From: Hyperthermus butylicus DSM 5456
GTDB lineage: Archaea > Thermoproteota > Thermoprotei_A > Sulfolobales > Pyrodictiaceae
NCBI RefSeq assembly: GCF_000015145.1
Contig: NC_008818.1
Coordinates: 1,350,001-1,382,000, forward strand
Length of the DNA: 32,000 nt
Direction of reading: 5' to 3'
How positions within the stretch are numbered: the first letter of the stretch is position 1; every line of letters begins with the position of its first letter. The notes under the pieces were generated by a model. It saw nothing but the letters and a program-made list of their open reading frames with translations, searched no databases and had not been told where the DNA came from. The position numbers and the translations under genes are program-made. Of this stretch, positions 19,716 through 28,544 are shown one piece after another.

Positions 19716-20729
19716 GTGCCTATGGCCGGAGAAGATGTCGCTGGTGGTGCCGGGATTCGCGTAGAGGTAGTTTGCATGAATGGTATTTCCTCAGCTAAGT
19801 GTACAAGAACTGTTGAGATAGGCCTAGGGGACTTGCATGCTACCGTAGACTTGCTAGATGATGTATGGGGGGAGAGCCCGGAGAGGCCTGTTCTCCTCGT
19901 ATCCACGTCGCTGCGGGGCTTTGACGCTCTGGTCAAGGAGCTGGGAGAGCTCGGCCGCAACCCCTTCCTCGTTGAGGCCACGGGCATACCTGAAACTATG
20001 TTGTCAGGGCTGAGCCTCGATAACCTCATAGACTACTATGCCGGCTTTATCGCGGCAACACTGCAGGAGCGGCAGCGGGCTAAGAGGAGAACACCGCCGG
20101 TAACCCGGCGGGAGGCGCTTCGCCGCTTCTTCCTGATCCCGCCAGAGTATGTTGTGCTGCCAAGACTCCGAGGAAGCTGCGGTGATGCAGAGGTCTGCCC
20201 GTACTCGGCGTTGACCCCCGAAGGGCTTGACGAGGCGCGGTGTCGAGGCTGCATGCTCTGCGCAGCTATGTGTCCTGGGGCTGTGGAGCAGCTTGCGTGG
20301 ACTGGAGCAGCGAGCCTAGCTTACGCTTACAGCTTTGCTGACCGCTACGCGCTTGACGGAATACTGTTCATCTGCCGGCGTAGCCTTGGTATGCTAGACG
20401 AGTATGCTGTGGATGCTAGCCCAGCGCGGCTCCTACCTTTCCACGTGCCCTGCATCTCCTGGCTCCAGCCAAGCCTGCTAGCAGCGCTCAACAAGCTGGG
20501 CATCCGTGTCCACGTCCACCGGGATCCTGGGATCTGTAATGGATGTCAGCTGGAGGCAGCAGCGGGAATAGCTGAGAAGCTGCTCTCGCAGCGTGGAGTC
20601 CGTGTCTCTCCTCGGCTATCAGAGGCGAGCATATACGCTTACACTGGGTATACGAGGCCGAAGAAAAGCATGAGGGAGATTCTAGTGATGCTAGCAGGCA
20701 TGGCCTCTGACACAGCGGAAAAGGCCTAG
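19716..20729 (+). CDS. Ferredoxin-domain protein with extra Cys-containing region (possible redox/accessory protein)
   Basis: EVCPYSALTPEGLDEARCRGCMLCAAMCPGAV (one full CxxCxxCxxxCP and a partial site), plus FICRRS...LPFHVPCISW...GICNGCQL, reminiscent of MvhD/FrhD-type Fe-S segments. Confidence 0.65.
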   Translation: MPMAGEDVAGGAGIRVEVVCMNGISSAKCTRTVEIGLGDLHATVDLLDDVWGESPERPVLLVSTSLRGFDALVKELGELGRNPFLVEATGIPETMLSGLSLDNLIDYYAGFIAATLQERQRAKRRTPPVTRREALRRFFLIPPEYVVLPRLRGSCGDAEVCPYSALTPEGLDEARCRGCMLCAAMCPGAVEQLAWTGAASLAYAYSFADRYALDGILFICRRSLGMLDEYAVDASPARLLPFHVPCISWLQPSLLAALNKLGIRVHVHRDPGICNGCQLEAAAGIAEKLLSQRGVRVSPRLSEASIYAYTGYTRPKKSMREILVMLAGMASDTAEKA

Positions 20730-20734
20730 CAGGA

Positions 20735-21700
20735 CTAGAGGCGGAGCGGCTCAGGCTCGCCCGGCACCACTTTTACACCACTAAGCCCCAGGCCTGTCTT
20801 GCTCAGCAGCTTATCCGCCTGCCCGACAGCCTCTACGCATTCCCGCACAGGCTCTCCCTCCCCACCACTACTGCAGTACACGAGTAGCTTGTCCCCCTCT
20901 CTTCCGACATGGTTTACACCGGGTTCTCCGGGTCTGAGACTCTCTATGAGTGCTAGTAGCGCTGCCGCACTATCATCCATGTCTCCCCGGCAGTACGCGC
21001 GAAGAGCGGCGAGTGCCTCCTCGGCGTCGGGGCCGAGGAGTGATAGGAGGTTAGCCTCGCCGACAGCTTCGAGTCTCTGCCGGAGAATAGTGGCTGGCGG
21101 GCCTCCAGGCCCCTCTGCGAGGAAGTGCAACAGTACGGTTAGCACCTGGAGCGGGGTAGCGCCAAGCCCGGCAGCCCACGCGATTGACTCTCCGTAGTGT
21201 AGCCTTCCGCGGCCGTACTCGTAGTTGGATGCTAGTGCTATAAGCGGGCCCAACCGGTCCCTGCTGCCAGCCGCTTCCAGCGCAGCCTTTAGCCCATGGA
21301 GTGCCGCCAGAGCCTGCCGTGGCACCACTAGCTCCTCCCGCCCAGGGTAGAGCTTTGCAAGAGTGTTCCACGCCTGTTTCACAGCATCCAAGGGCTCAGT
21401 GTTGCCCCATAGCACCATGTACGCTGCAAGTCCTACAACACAGTTCCACGGGTTTTGCCCACAGACCACCACTGCAGGATCGCCATCGAGTAGAACGGCG
21501 GCCGTGTAGGCGCCTATAGTGTCGCCACGGCTAAGGTTTATGGTCTCGGCTAGCACGTCGTAGCCTAGGAAGAAGTATTCCCCGTACAGGTCGGCGTAAA
21601 ACTCGTCCAGAAGTACCAGCCGCTTTCCAGGCTCAAGCACTTCGTCGAGGCCGGGGCCCACAACGAACAAGTGGCCGTGGTATTTGACTGTGGCTGGCAC
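20735..21700 (-). CDS. Uncharacterised protein, 321 aa
   Basis: Long ORF filling the gap between the Fe-S protein and napA, with balanced codon and amino-acid use. Convergent with 19716..20729, 5 nt gap. Confidence 0.65.
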   Translation of the reverse strand: MPATVKYHGHLFVVGPGLDEVLEPGKRLVLLDEFYADLYGEYFFLGYDVLAETINLSRGDTIGAYTAAVLLDGDPAVVVCGQNPWNCVVGLAAYMVLWGNTEPLDAVKQAWNTLAKLYPGREELVVPRQALAALHGLKAALEAAGSRDRLGPLIALASNYEYGRGRLHYGESIAWAAGLGATPLQVLTVLLHFLAEGPGGPPATILRQRLEAVGEANLLSLLGPDAEEALAALRAYCRGDMDDSAAALLALIESLRPGEPGVNHVGREGDKLLVYCSSGGEGEPVRECVEAVGQADKLLSKTGLGLSGVKVVPGEPEPLRL

Positions 21701-21786
21701 TACAGGCTACACCCCCGTGTACAATGTACCATCGTCTTGCTACACTATATGGGTGGGAACCCGAAACCCTTAGGCGTAGGTAAAAT

Positions 21787-21798
21787 ATAGTTTAATAA
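21787..21798 (+). promoter_or_regulatory. Candidate archaeal TATA region upstream of napA; SD-like GGTGAG follows at 21821-21826
   Basis: TAAAATATAGTTTAATAAC at 21781-21799, followed by AAGGTGAGATATAAAACTCAATG. Confidence 0.4.
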
Positions 21799-21838
21799 CA
21801 AAAAATTCGCAGTGGCCGAAGGTGAGATATAAAACTCA

Positions 21839-24800
21839 ATGGCGGAGGGTTATGTCTTCTTGCCGGATCAAACACGACGTGATATCCTAAAAGCAATAGC
21901 TCTCGGTGCAGCCTTTGCAGCTGTTGGTGGCGTAGCAGCCTACCACCTCACTGGCAGGAAGGTTGTTGAGACGCTCGAAAACATAACTAGGAAGAACGAG
22001 ACCGTTGTAACATCGCCAACGGAGGCTAAGCCGTCAGAGGAGGCGAAGCCCAAGCTAACCGCGGTACCCGTTGGCCCCTGCAGGTTCTGTGGCGTTGGCT
22101 GTGGCGTCCAGGCCCAGATTGTAAAGGACCCCAAGACTGGCATGGCCAAGGACATTGTAGCTTTGATGGGTATACAGGAGTACCCGGTGAACAGGGGCGC
22201 ACTCTGTACCAAGGCCTTCTACATACACAAGGCCATAGGCTACGGCGGCAACATGCAGGCCTACGAGCAGAGGCTCAAGAAGCCACTAGTAAACAAGGAC
22301 TGGATCATACCCGGCAAGAACAGGCCGCCAGTAACCCCCGAGGAGATACCAGAAGCGCCTAGGGTTAAGAACCGCCAGGTAAGCAAGAACCCAGACGCCA
22401 AGGTGCCAACAGTAGAGCACATCAAGAAGAACTTTGTCGAGGTAGACTGGGATACAGCAGTCAAGTTCTTCACAGCAGTCATGAAGTACGCTCTCCAGAA
22501 GTACGGCCCTCACAGCTTTGCCTACTATGGCAGCGGCCAGTTAGGCACCGAGGAGAGCTATGTAATCAACAAGCTAACCAAGGCAGGCATACACACCAAC
22601 AACCTAGACGGAAACCCCAGAATGTGTATGGTTAGCGCTGTTGGCGGCTTCATAACGAGCTATGGTGCAGACGAGCCGGAGGTAAGCTACGACCACATAG
22701 ACGTTCCAGAGCCCGACCTAGGCGTACATGCTGACACATTCCTCCTAATAGGTACCAACACTGCTGAAGCTCACCCAATAGTCTTCGGCCGCATAGCCCA
22801 GGTCAAGCAGAAGAACCCAGACAAGGTCAAGGTTATCCTTGCAGACCCACGTAAGACTAGGAGCGGCAGCATAGCAGATCTATGGCTCCCACTGCGCTGG
22901 AGCATGGACGTAGCCTTCCTCCACACGCTAGCCCACATAATAGTCTTCGACCTAGACGGCTGCAAGGTTGACGCCAAGACGGGCAAGGTGGAGTGCAAGG
23001 GCGAGTATGTCGACATAAAGTGGTTGAAGCGCCACGCGGACTTTGCAATACCAACCAACACTGCCAAGACCTGGGCACTCAAGGACTACAACACCAAGTA
23101 CAACAGCATGGGTGACCTAAACAAGGTCTGGGACATGGGTACCACAGCGAGCAATGCATCCAACTATAAGCTCTACCCGAGCGTTGGCAAGGAGTACAAG
23201 AGCGAGGAGGAGGTAGAGAGAGACTGGTGGAAGGGCTTCGCCCTCTACCTCAAGTTCCTGGAAATGTACAAGCCAGAGGTAATGGTCAAGATACTCTTCG
23301 GCGATGAGAAGCCGCTAATCAATAGGGAGACAGCAGAGAAGCTAATAGAGCAGGGTGAGCTAAGCCCAGACAAGGTCGACCTAAGCGGCAACGAGCCATT
23401 CGTAGAGATAGACCCCGTGGAGGCTATGAGGCTAGCAGCCAAGTGGATGGCTAAGGGTCGCCTGCTAGTGTTCTGGACGATGGGCGTCAACCAGAAGATC
23501 CAGGGCGTGCACGCTGTCAATAGCATAATCAACCTTCTAGCACTCACCGGCCAGATAGGCAGGTACGGAGCTGGCAGCTTCAGCCTCACCGGCCAGCCCA
23601 ATGCCTGCGGCGGCATCCGTGACCAGGGCGGCCTAGCACACGTGCTGCCCTACGGCAGGCTCATAGCTGTAGAGTCTGCTAGGAAGCAAGTAGAGGACAT
23701 CTGGAAGAGGCTAACCGAGCAGTACCTCAGAGAGCGTGGCTACACAGAGGATGCAATTAGGAAGGAGATAGAGAGGGTCTACGTGCACCCAGTACCAGGT
23801 CCACACGTGGTAGAGATGTTCCGCCGCGTCGCTGCAGGCCAGATCAAGATAGTATGGATAGCTGAGACCAACCCTGGCCACAGCCTACCAAACGTCTTCA
23901 AGTTCCGTGCTGGCATGGCTAAGCCGCACGACGACGACCCGGCATTCCCATTCATAGTCGTTAGCGACATCTACCCAACAAGAACCACCGACGTAGCCGA
24001 CCTGATACTCCCCAGTGCGGCGTGGGGCGAGAAGGAGTTCAAGTATGGCTGCAGCGAGCGCCGCTACAGCATAGCCCGCTACATAATACCGCCACCAGGT
24101 GAGGCCGTCGCCGACCACATGATATTCGCAATGCTGGGCAAGGCCTGGGAGGACGAGGGCCTAGTACCAAAGGGCATAGTGAGCGGCTTCTTCCCAGAGG
24201 ATGTCGACAAGGCTGCGAAGGCTGCTGGCAAGAGCTGGGTACAGTACGTAGTTGAGAAGAGCCGCGACAAGAAGTGGCACGAGGAGTTCCTCAACAGGCT
24301 ATGGGACCGCGACATACTAAGCCTAGCCAAGAACACCTACTACGACTTCAGCTACGTGAAGCGTGAAGCCTTCAGGAAGATGATAACCGGATTCCGCTGG
24401 CCATGGCCGGAGCAGTATGCCAGCAACCCGAGCGTCAAAGCACGCTACGACAAGTACGAGTCCGCTAGCAGGTTCTCATACCCATACGACCCACTGATGC
24501 CCGACCCAGAGGACATCAAGAAGATCTACAACGACATAAAGAACATGAACAGCGCTGAGGAGATAAAGAAGTATATAGACAGCCTAGATGAGACCAAGAT
24601 ACACCCGGTCCACAAGGCTAAGTGGCTCGGCAAGCTCGCAAGCAACCCAGTACTGATGAAGTGGGTGCTCAAGCAGATAGTCGAGGAGATAGACGATAAG
24701 AACTACAAGCGCGAGAAGGTGGTGCCAGATAACTGGTACGTAGTCTTCTACGCGAAGCCGACAGGCAGGATGACCATCTGGGCTAGGCCGTGGCTGCCAG

Positions 24801-25588
24801 TAGTGATAGACCACGAGACTGGCGAGGTTAAGATAAACAAGGAGGTAACAATAACCTTCGAGAAGCTAGATGCCGACGCCGTATTCGGCGGCAGTATATC
24901 AGTATTCAGCGAGCCCAAGGGCCCATTCAAGATAGTAGAGAAGCACACAGCCGTACCAGCTAGCGGCGACCCAGAGAAGGGCCTCAAGGTGCTAGAGTCC
25001 AAGAGCTGGGGCGAGGCGCTAAAGACGAACTTCGGCGACATAGAGGCGATATTCCAGATAGCCCTAGCGCCAGCAGAAGCGCCTGGCTTCACGCTAAAGT
25101 ACAGGCTTGACGACGGTAGAGTGATAACTGTAAGGGATGCTAAGGACTACCCAATGGTAGTCACAACCGGCCGCGTAATAGAGCACTGGCACACGGGCAC
25201 AATGACTGGCCGCGTGCCAGAGCTGAAGAGGGTCAAGCCAGAAGCCTACGTCGAGATACATCAGGAGGTTGCAGAGAAGCTCGGCATCAAGGATGGCGAC
25301 TGGGTGACAGTAGAGAGCCCACGCGGCAAAGTAACAGTGAGGGCGAAGGTGCTGAACCCCAAGACGGGACTGGGCGGCCCAAGGAGGGACTACGTATTCG
25401 TGCCATGGTTCGACGAGAACAAGCTAGTTAACGCGCTAACACTAGACAACTACGACGTACAGCCATACTTCTTCCAGCCAGACTACAAGACCTGCGCAGC
25501 CAGGATAAGGAAGGCAGCGCCAGACGAGATACCTAGGAGTGAAACCGAGCAGACAGGCAAGCCTAAGTACAACATCAAGGTTTACTAG
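21839..25588 (+). CDS. napA: NapA-like periplasmic nitrate reductase catalytic subunit (Mo-bis-MGD oxidoreductase), unusually large
   Basis: Tat-like TRRDILKAIALGAAF; GPCRFCGVGCGV 4Fe-4S site; NPRMCMVSAVGGFITSYGADEP (Cys as Mo ligand, NapA style); FWTMGVNQKIQGVHAVN; SLTGQPNACGGIRDQGGLAH; TTGRVIEHWHTGTMTGRVPEL; FFQPDYKTCAARIRKA. Confidence 0.88.
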   Translation: MAEGYVFLPDQTRRDILKAIALGAAFAAVGGVAAYHLTGRKVVETLENITRKNETVVTSPTEAKPSEEAKPKLTAVPVGPCRFCGVGCGVQAQIVKDPKTGMAKDIVALMGIQEYPVNRGALCTKAFYIHKAIGYGGNMQAYEQRLKKPLVNKDWIIPGKNRPPVTPEEIPEAPRVKNRQVSKNPDAKVPTVEHIKKNFVEVDWDTAVKFFTAVMKYALQKYGPHSFAYYGSGQLGTEESYVINKLTKAGIHTNNLDGNPRMCMVSAVGGFITSYGADEPEVSYDHIDVPEPDLGVHADTFLLIGTNTAEAHPIVFGRIAQVKQKNPDKVKVILADPRKTRSGSIADLWLPLRWSMDVAFLHTLAHIIVFDLDGCKVDAKTGKVECKGEYVDIKWLKRHADFAIPTNTAKTWALKDYNTKYNSMGDLNKVWDMGTTASNASNYKLYPSVGKEYKSEEEVERDWWKGFALYLKFLEMYKPEVMVKILFGDEKPLINRETAEKLIEQGELSPDKVDLSGNEPFVEIDPVEAMRLAAKWMAKGRLLVFWTMGVNQKIQGVHAVNSIINLLALTGQIGRYGAGSFSLTGQPNACGGIRDQGGLAHVLPYGRLIAVESARKQVEDIWKRLTEQYLRERGYTEDAIRKEIERVYVHPVPGPHVVEMFRRVAAGQIKIVWIAETNPGHSLPNVFKFRAGMAKPHDDDPAFPFIVVSDIYPTRTTDVADLILPSAAWGEKEFKYGCSERRYSIARYIIPPPGEAVADHMIFAMLGKAWEDEGLVPKGIVSGFFPEDVDKAAKAAGKSWVQYVVEKSRDKKWHEEFLNRLWDRDILSLAKNTYYDFSYVKREAFRKMITGFRWPWPEQYASNPSVKARYDKYESASRFSYPYDPLMPDPEDIKKIYNDIKNMNSAEEIKKYIDSLDETKIHPVHKAKWLGKLASNPVLMKWVLKQIVEEIDDKNYKREKVVPDNWYVVFYAKPTGRMTIWARPWLPVVIDHETGEVKINKEVTITFEKLDADAVFGGSISVFSEPKGPFKIVEKHTAVPASGDPEKGLKVLESKSWGEALKTNFGDIEAIFQIALAPAEAPGFTLKYRLDDGRVITVRDAKDYPMVVTTGRVIEHWHTGTMTGRVPELKRVKPEAYVEIHQEVAEKLGIKDGDWVTVESPRGKVTVRAKVLNPKTGLGGPRRDYVFVPWFDENKLVNALTLDNYDVQPYFFQPDYKTCAARIRKAAPDEIPRSETEQTGKPKYNIKVY

Positions 25589-25632
25589 TGTCTTTCCTTG
25601 CACTGAGCGCGTTTTTAGCCCTTTAACCATCT

Positions 25633-25655
25633 AGGTAGGCTTGTTTCTCCTACCT
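25633..25655 (+). terminator. Possible hairpin after napA
   Basis: AGGTAGG/CCTACCT 7-bp perfect inverted repeat with a 9-nt loop, about 45 nt past the napA stop; an upstream T-run (GTTTTTAG) is also present. Confidence 0.3.
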
Positions 25656-25908
25656 CGCTTCATACCCCCACCACTCTCCGACCACCATGCCTTGCATAAC
25701 AGATTTACCACTACTACGTGTCTCCGGCCGGAGTACTTGCTAAGGAGTCGAGCGTTTTAGCCTTCTACATGGCAGGGTCGGCTCCGCTGCGGGGATATGG
25801 GTCGCGGGACGCACTGTGAACCGAAAACTAGCGGCGCAGGTGCCTAATCCACCCAGGCCTTGCCTGGTGTATTGGCTCCCGAAGCAATAGTAATCAACAT
25901 AACGTAGC

Positions 25909-27003
25909 TTGCGTAATGTAGCCTGTGTCGTGCGAAGTAGAGGGATAGCACGGCGAGAGGGTGGTGTAACATACTTGGGTAGTCACCATCGCTTCTCTAT
26001 GACGAGGCGTGAGTTCCTTAAGGCTGGGCTCACAATTGCAGCTGTGGCAGCCGCAGCACCAGTGTCCAGGCTCCTAGTCGGAATAGAGGTTGCTAGTACC
26101 AGCAGGGATTCACAGCGGATCTACTACGAGTTCTTCGATGTAACAGATGATGAGAATAGGATAGAATACTATGGAGCCCTAGGCTTCGTAATTGAAAGGG
26201 ATGGAAGAAAGTGCGTAGCTAACGTTTTGCTCCCAGGCCGCTGCATTACCTATACAAAGCCTGTCTGGGAGGACTGGTTCCCTACCCCTCTACCAGTTGC
26301 CACTAAGGACTTCTATGCTCGGTGTATCCGCTGCGGCCTATGCTACTACGCTTGTAACTACATGGGATACCATGCCATACGCCTTGCCGGTTTAAGGGAT
26401 GGATTCAGCTTGCTGGGTGCGCCTACACTAGATAATCTATTGACGAATCCATGTACGCTATGCATGGAGTGTGTTAAGGTGTGTCCAACTGGCGCGCTGG
26501 CAGAGACTCCTGAGGATGGGGTGTCGGGAGTAGCTATTATCGACCCAGACCTCTGCTTGGCATGGAATAGTGGTGACTGCAAGAGCTGCGCAAAGGCATG
26601 CCCATACGGTTCTGAGGTCTTCGAGTTTACGTTTAACGAGTGGGGCATCCATACGAGGGTTAAAGCGAAGGTGGTAGGCGATAAGGTGGTAACTCCGTGC
26701 AGGGGTTGCGGCCTCTGCGTGCAGGCCTGCCCGATAGGTGGTTCAGCGATACACATACTCCCACGTGACGAGTACATTCGGAGAGTGAAGAACTACAAGA
26801 ATACGGGTATGAGCTACGAGGAGTACCTCCAGCTTATACTTAAGACGGAGCAAGAGGACACGTTTAAGGCTACCTGGCGCTCAGCGATAAACATCGATTA
26901 CATCATGAACGTTCGCGGTCTTGAGGAGGAGAAGATCCAGGCGGAGCTAGCGCCCGCGGAGAAGACGGGGAAAGGGAGCCCGGAAAGGAGCATGGCGCAG
27001 TAG
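25909..27003 (+). CDS. napG: NapG-like ferredoxin with Tat signal, about four [4Fe-4S] sites
   Basis: MTRREFLKAGLTIAAVAAAAP (Tat); CIRCGLCYYACNYMG; CTLCMECVKVCPTGAL; CKSCAKACPYG; CRGCGLCVQACPIGG. The probable real start is ATG at 25999. Confidence 0.82.
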   Translation: MRNVACVVRSRGIARREGGVTYLGSHHRFSMTRREFLKAGLTIAAVAAAAPVSRLLVGIEVASTSRDSQRIYYEFFDVTDDENRIEYYGALGFVIERDGRKCVANVLLPGRCITYTKPVWEDWFPTPLPVATKDFYARCIRCGLCYYACNYMGYHAIRLAGLRDGFSLLGAPTLDNLLTNPCTLCMECVKVCPTGALAETPEDGVSGVAIIDPDLCLAWNSGDCKSCAKACPYGSEVFEFTFNEWGIHTRVKAKVVGDKVVTPCRGCGLCVQACPIGGSAIHILPRDEYIRRVKNYKNTGMSYEEYLQLILKTEQEDTFKATWRSAINIDYIMNVRGLEEEKIQAELAPAEKTGKGSPERSMAQ

Positions 27004-27015
27004 GAGTGAGCAGCC

Positions 27016-27945
27016 GTGAGGGCCAGGAGTTCGTTCGCGCATAAGCTGAAGCTGGCGATTCGTGGTGTACCACCACGCGGCAAGTACACTATTGCGAGGA
27101 GAGCCCTGCAACTGGCCATCCTCACATTATTCTCCACGCAGCTCCTCGTGTCGGGAGCAATACTTATGGGTAGCCTTGCTTCGAGCAGAATACTCCGCAC
27201 AATCCCCCTAATGGATCCCTTTGCCTGGCTCGAGCAGACCGCAGCTGCACATGGCCCCGCTCCAGAGTCGATAGTGGCGGTGTTGATTGTAGTCGCGATC
27301 TACAGTGTGCTGGGCAGGTTCTTCTGTGGCTGGGTCTGTCCGATGGATCTCCTCTTTAGCCTCTTTGAGCGTAAGCTAGCTGGCCCGAGGGCGCCTCCAC
27401 AGTCGAGGCCCCACATGGCCGGCAAGGTGGAAAAGATGATACCACTGGCAATGATGGCAGTCTATATAGTGCTATCGGTGCGGCTGGGGCAGCCATTCTT
27501 CACAACGTACTCTCCCGTGGCGGGCGCTACAAAGCTTGGATCCGCGATCGTGAAGATCTTGTTTAACATACCGGGGGCTGCAATAGGCTCAATCATGGCT
27601 TGGGCCACCATAACGGGGTTCGCCCTAATAGTCAACATCGCAGCAGAACACGTGTTTGGTGTCAAGAGGCTCTGGTGCCGCTACATCTGCCCAATAGGCA
27701 ACCTTTACGGCTACGTAATGAACCGGTATAGCCCGCTCGTGCTAAAGGTGCGGCATGCAGATCAGTGTCGTGGATGCATGCTATGCAGCATGGTGTGCCC
27801 AATGGGCATCGATGTGGCCAAGTATGTTGGGGAGGGACGCGATGTGAGGGACTACCGCTGCTTCCACTGTGGCCGCTGCGCAGAGGTCTGCCCATGGGGA
27901 GTCCTAAGCCTGGGTTTTGCCCCGCCACGCGCAAGGAAGGCCTAG
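27016..27945 (+). CDS. napH: NapH-like membrane polyferredoxin
   Basis: Several TM segments; GRFFCGWVCPMDLLF; LWCRYICPIGNLYG; CRGCMLCSMVCPMGIDV; CFHCGRCAEVCPWGVLSL. Confidence 0.88.
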   Translation: MRARSSFAHKLKLAIRGVPPRGKYTIARRALQLAILTLFSTQLLVSGAILMGSLASSRILRTIPLMDPFAWLEQTAAAHGPAPESIVAVLIVVAIYSVLGRFFCGWVCPMDLLFSLFERKLAGPRAPPQSRPHMAGKVEKMIPLAMMAVYIVLSVRLGQPFFTTYSPVAGATKLGSAIVKILFNIPGAAIGSIMAWATITGFALIVNIAAEHVFGVKRLWCRYICPIGNLYGYVMNRYSPLVLKVRHADQCRGCMLCSMVCPMGIDVAKYVGEGRDVRDYRCFHCGRCAEVCPWGVLSLGFAPPRARKA

Positions 27946-28046
27946 ATCATACAATCTATTTCTTCTTTCCAGGCATGTTTCGGCTAAATAGTAAATTAGC
28001 GTGAAGGGCTAGGATTAGAGCGCGGGACTGTAAGAGGTGCATAGTA

Positions 28047-28415
28047 TTGGCTTTTGCCTCGGGATTCATGATAATAACGCAGCCCTACCGTAGCGAGCCC
28101 AAGAGGAGCGAGGTTAGGCAGCACCTCGAAAGACTGGGCTTTGAGCTCTACGAGGTGGGCAAGGACGCTTTCATAGTGTTCTACGTTGAGGCGCCAACTC
28201 TAGCCGATATAGAGGAGATAATAAAGGCGGCAGAGCGGCATGAAGGCATTGCAAAGGCCTACGTGGTCTATGCATTTGCAGGAGACAACGCTACGAAGGA
28301 GTGGATTAACTGGGCGCTAGAGAGAGGCGAGATAGAGCTAGATGAGTCGATGATGGAGTATATCAGAAACATACTCGTAAAGCTGAAGGGGCCAGCAGGC
28401 ACGGCGAATCCTTAG
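28047..28415 (+). CDS. napD: NapD-like maturation chaperone
   Basis: 122 aa alpha/beta protein (GFMIITQPYRSEPKRSEVRQHLERLGFELYEVGKDAFIVFYVEAPTLADIEEIIKAAERHEGIAKAYVVYAF) with NapD-type layout, downstream of napH. Confidence 0.65.
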   Translation: MAFASGFMIITQPYRSEPKRSEVRQHLERLGFELYEVGKDAFIVFYVEAPTLADIEEIIKAAERHEGIAKAYVVYAFAGDNATKEWINWALERGEIELDESMMEYIRNILVKLKGPAGTANP

Positions 28416-28544
28416 ACAGCCCAGCCAGCTACATTATCCTGTGAACGCCTCTGACAAGCAACAATTACGGCTCCAACGCTCGTTATGGATAGCATGTTCA
28501 AGACCCCGCTACTAGCTGGGCTGCTCGGTTTCGTGGTGTAGTTT

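Noticed and set aside
22286-24814. Multiple minus-strand ORFs inside napA and similar ones opposite hynS, hynL and dppA
   Set aside because: They are antisense to strongly conserved genes, have low-complexity or Pro/Arg/Ser-rich translations and show no recognisable motifs.
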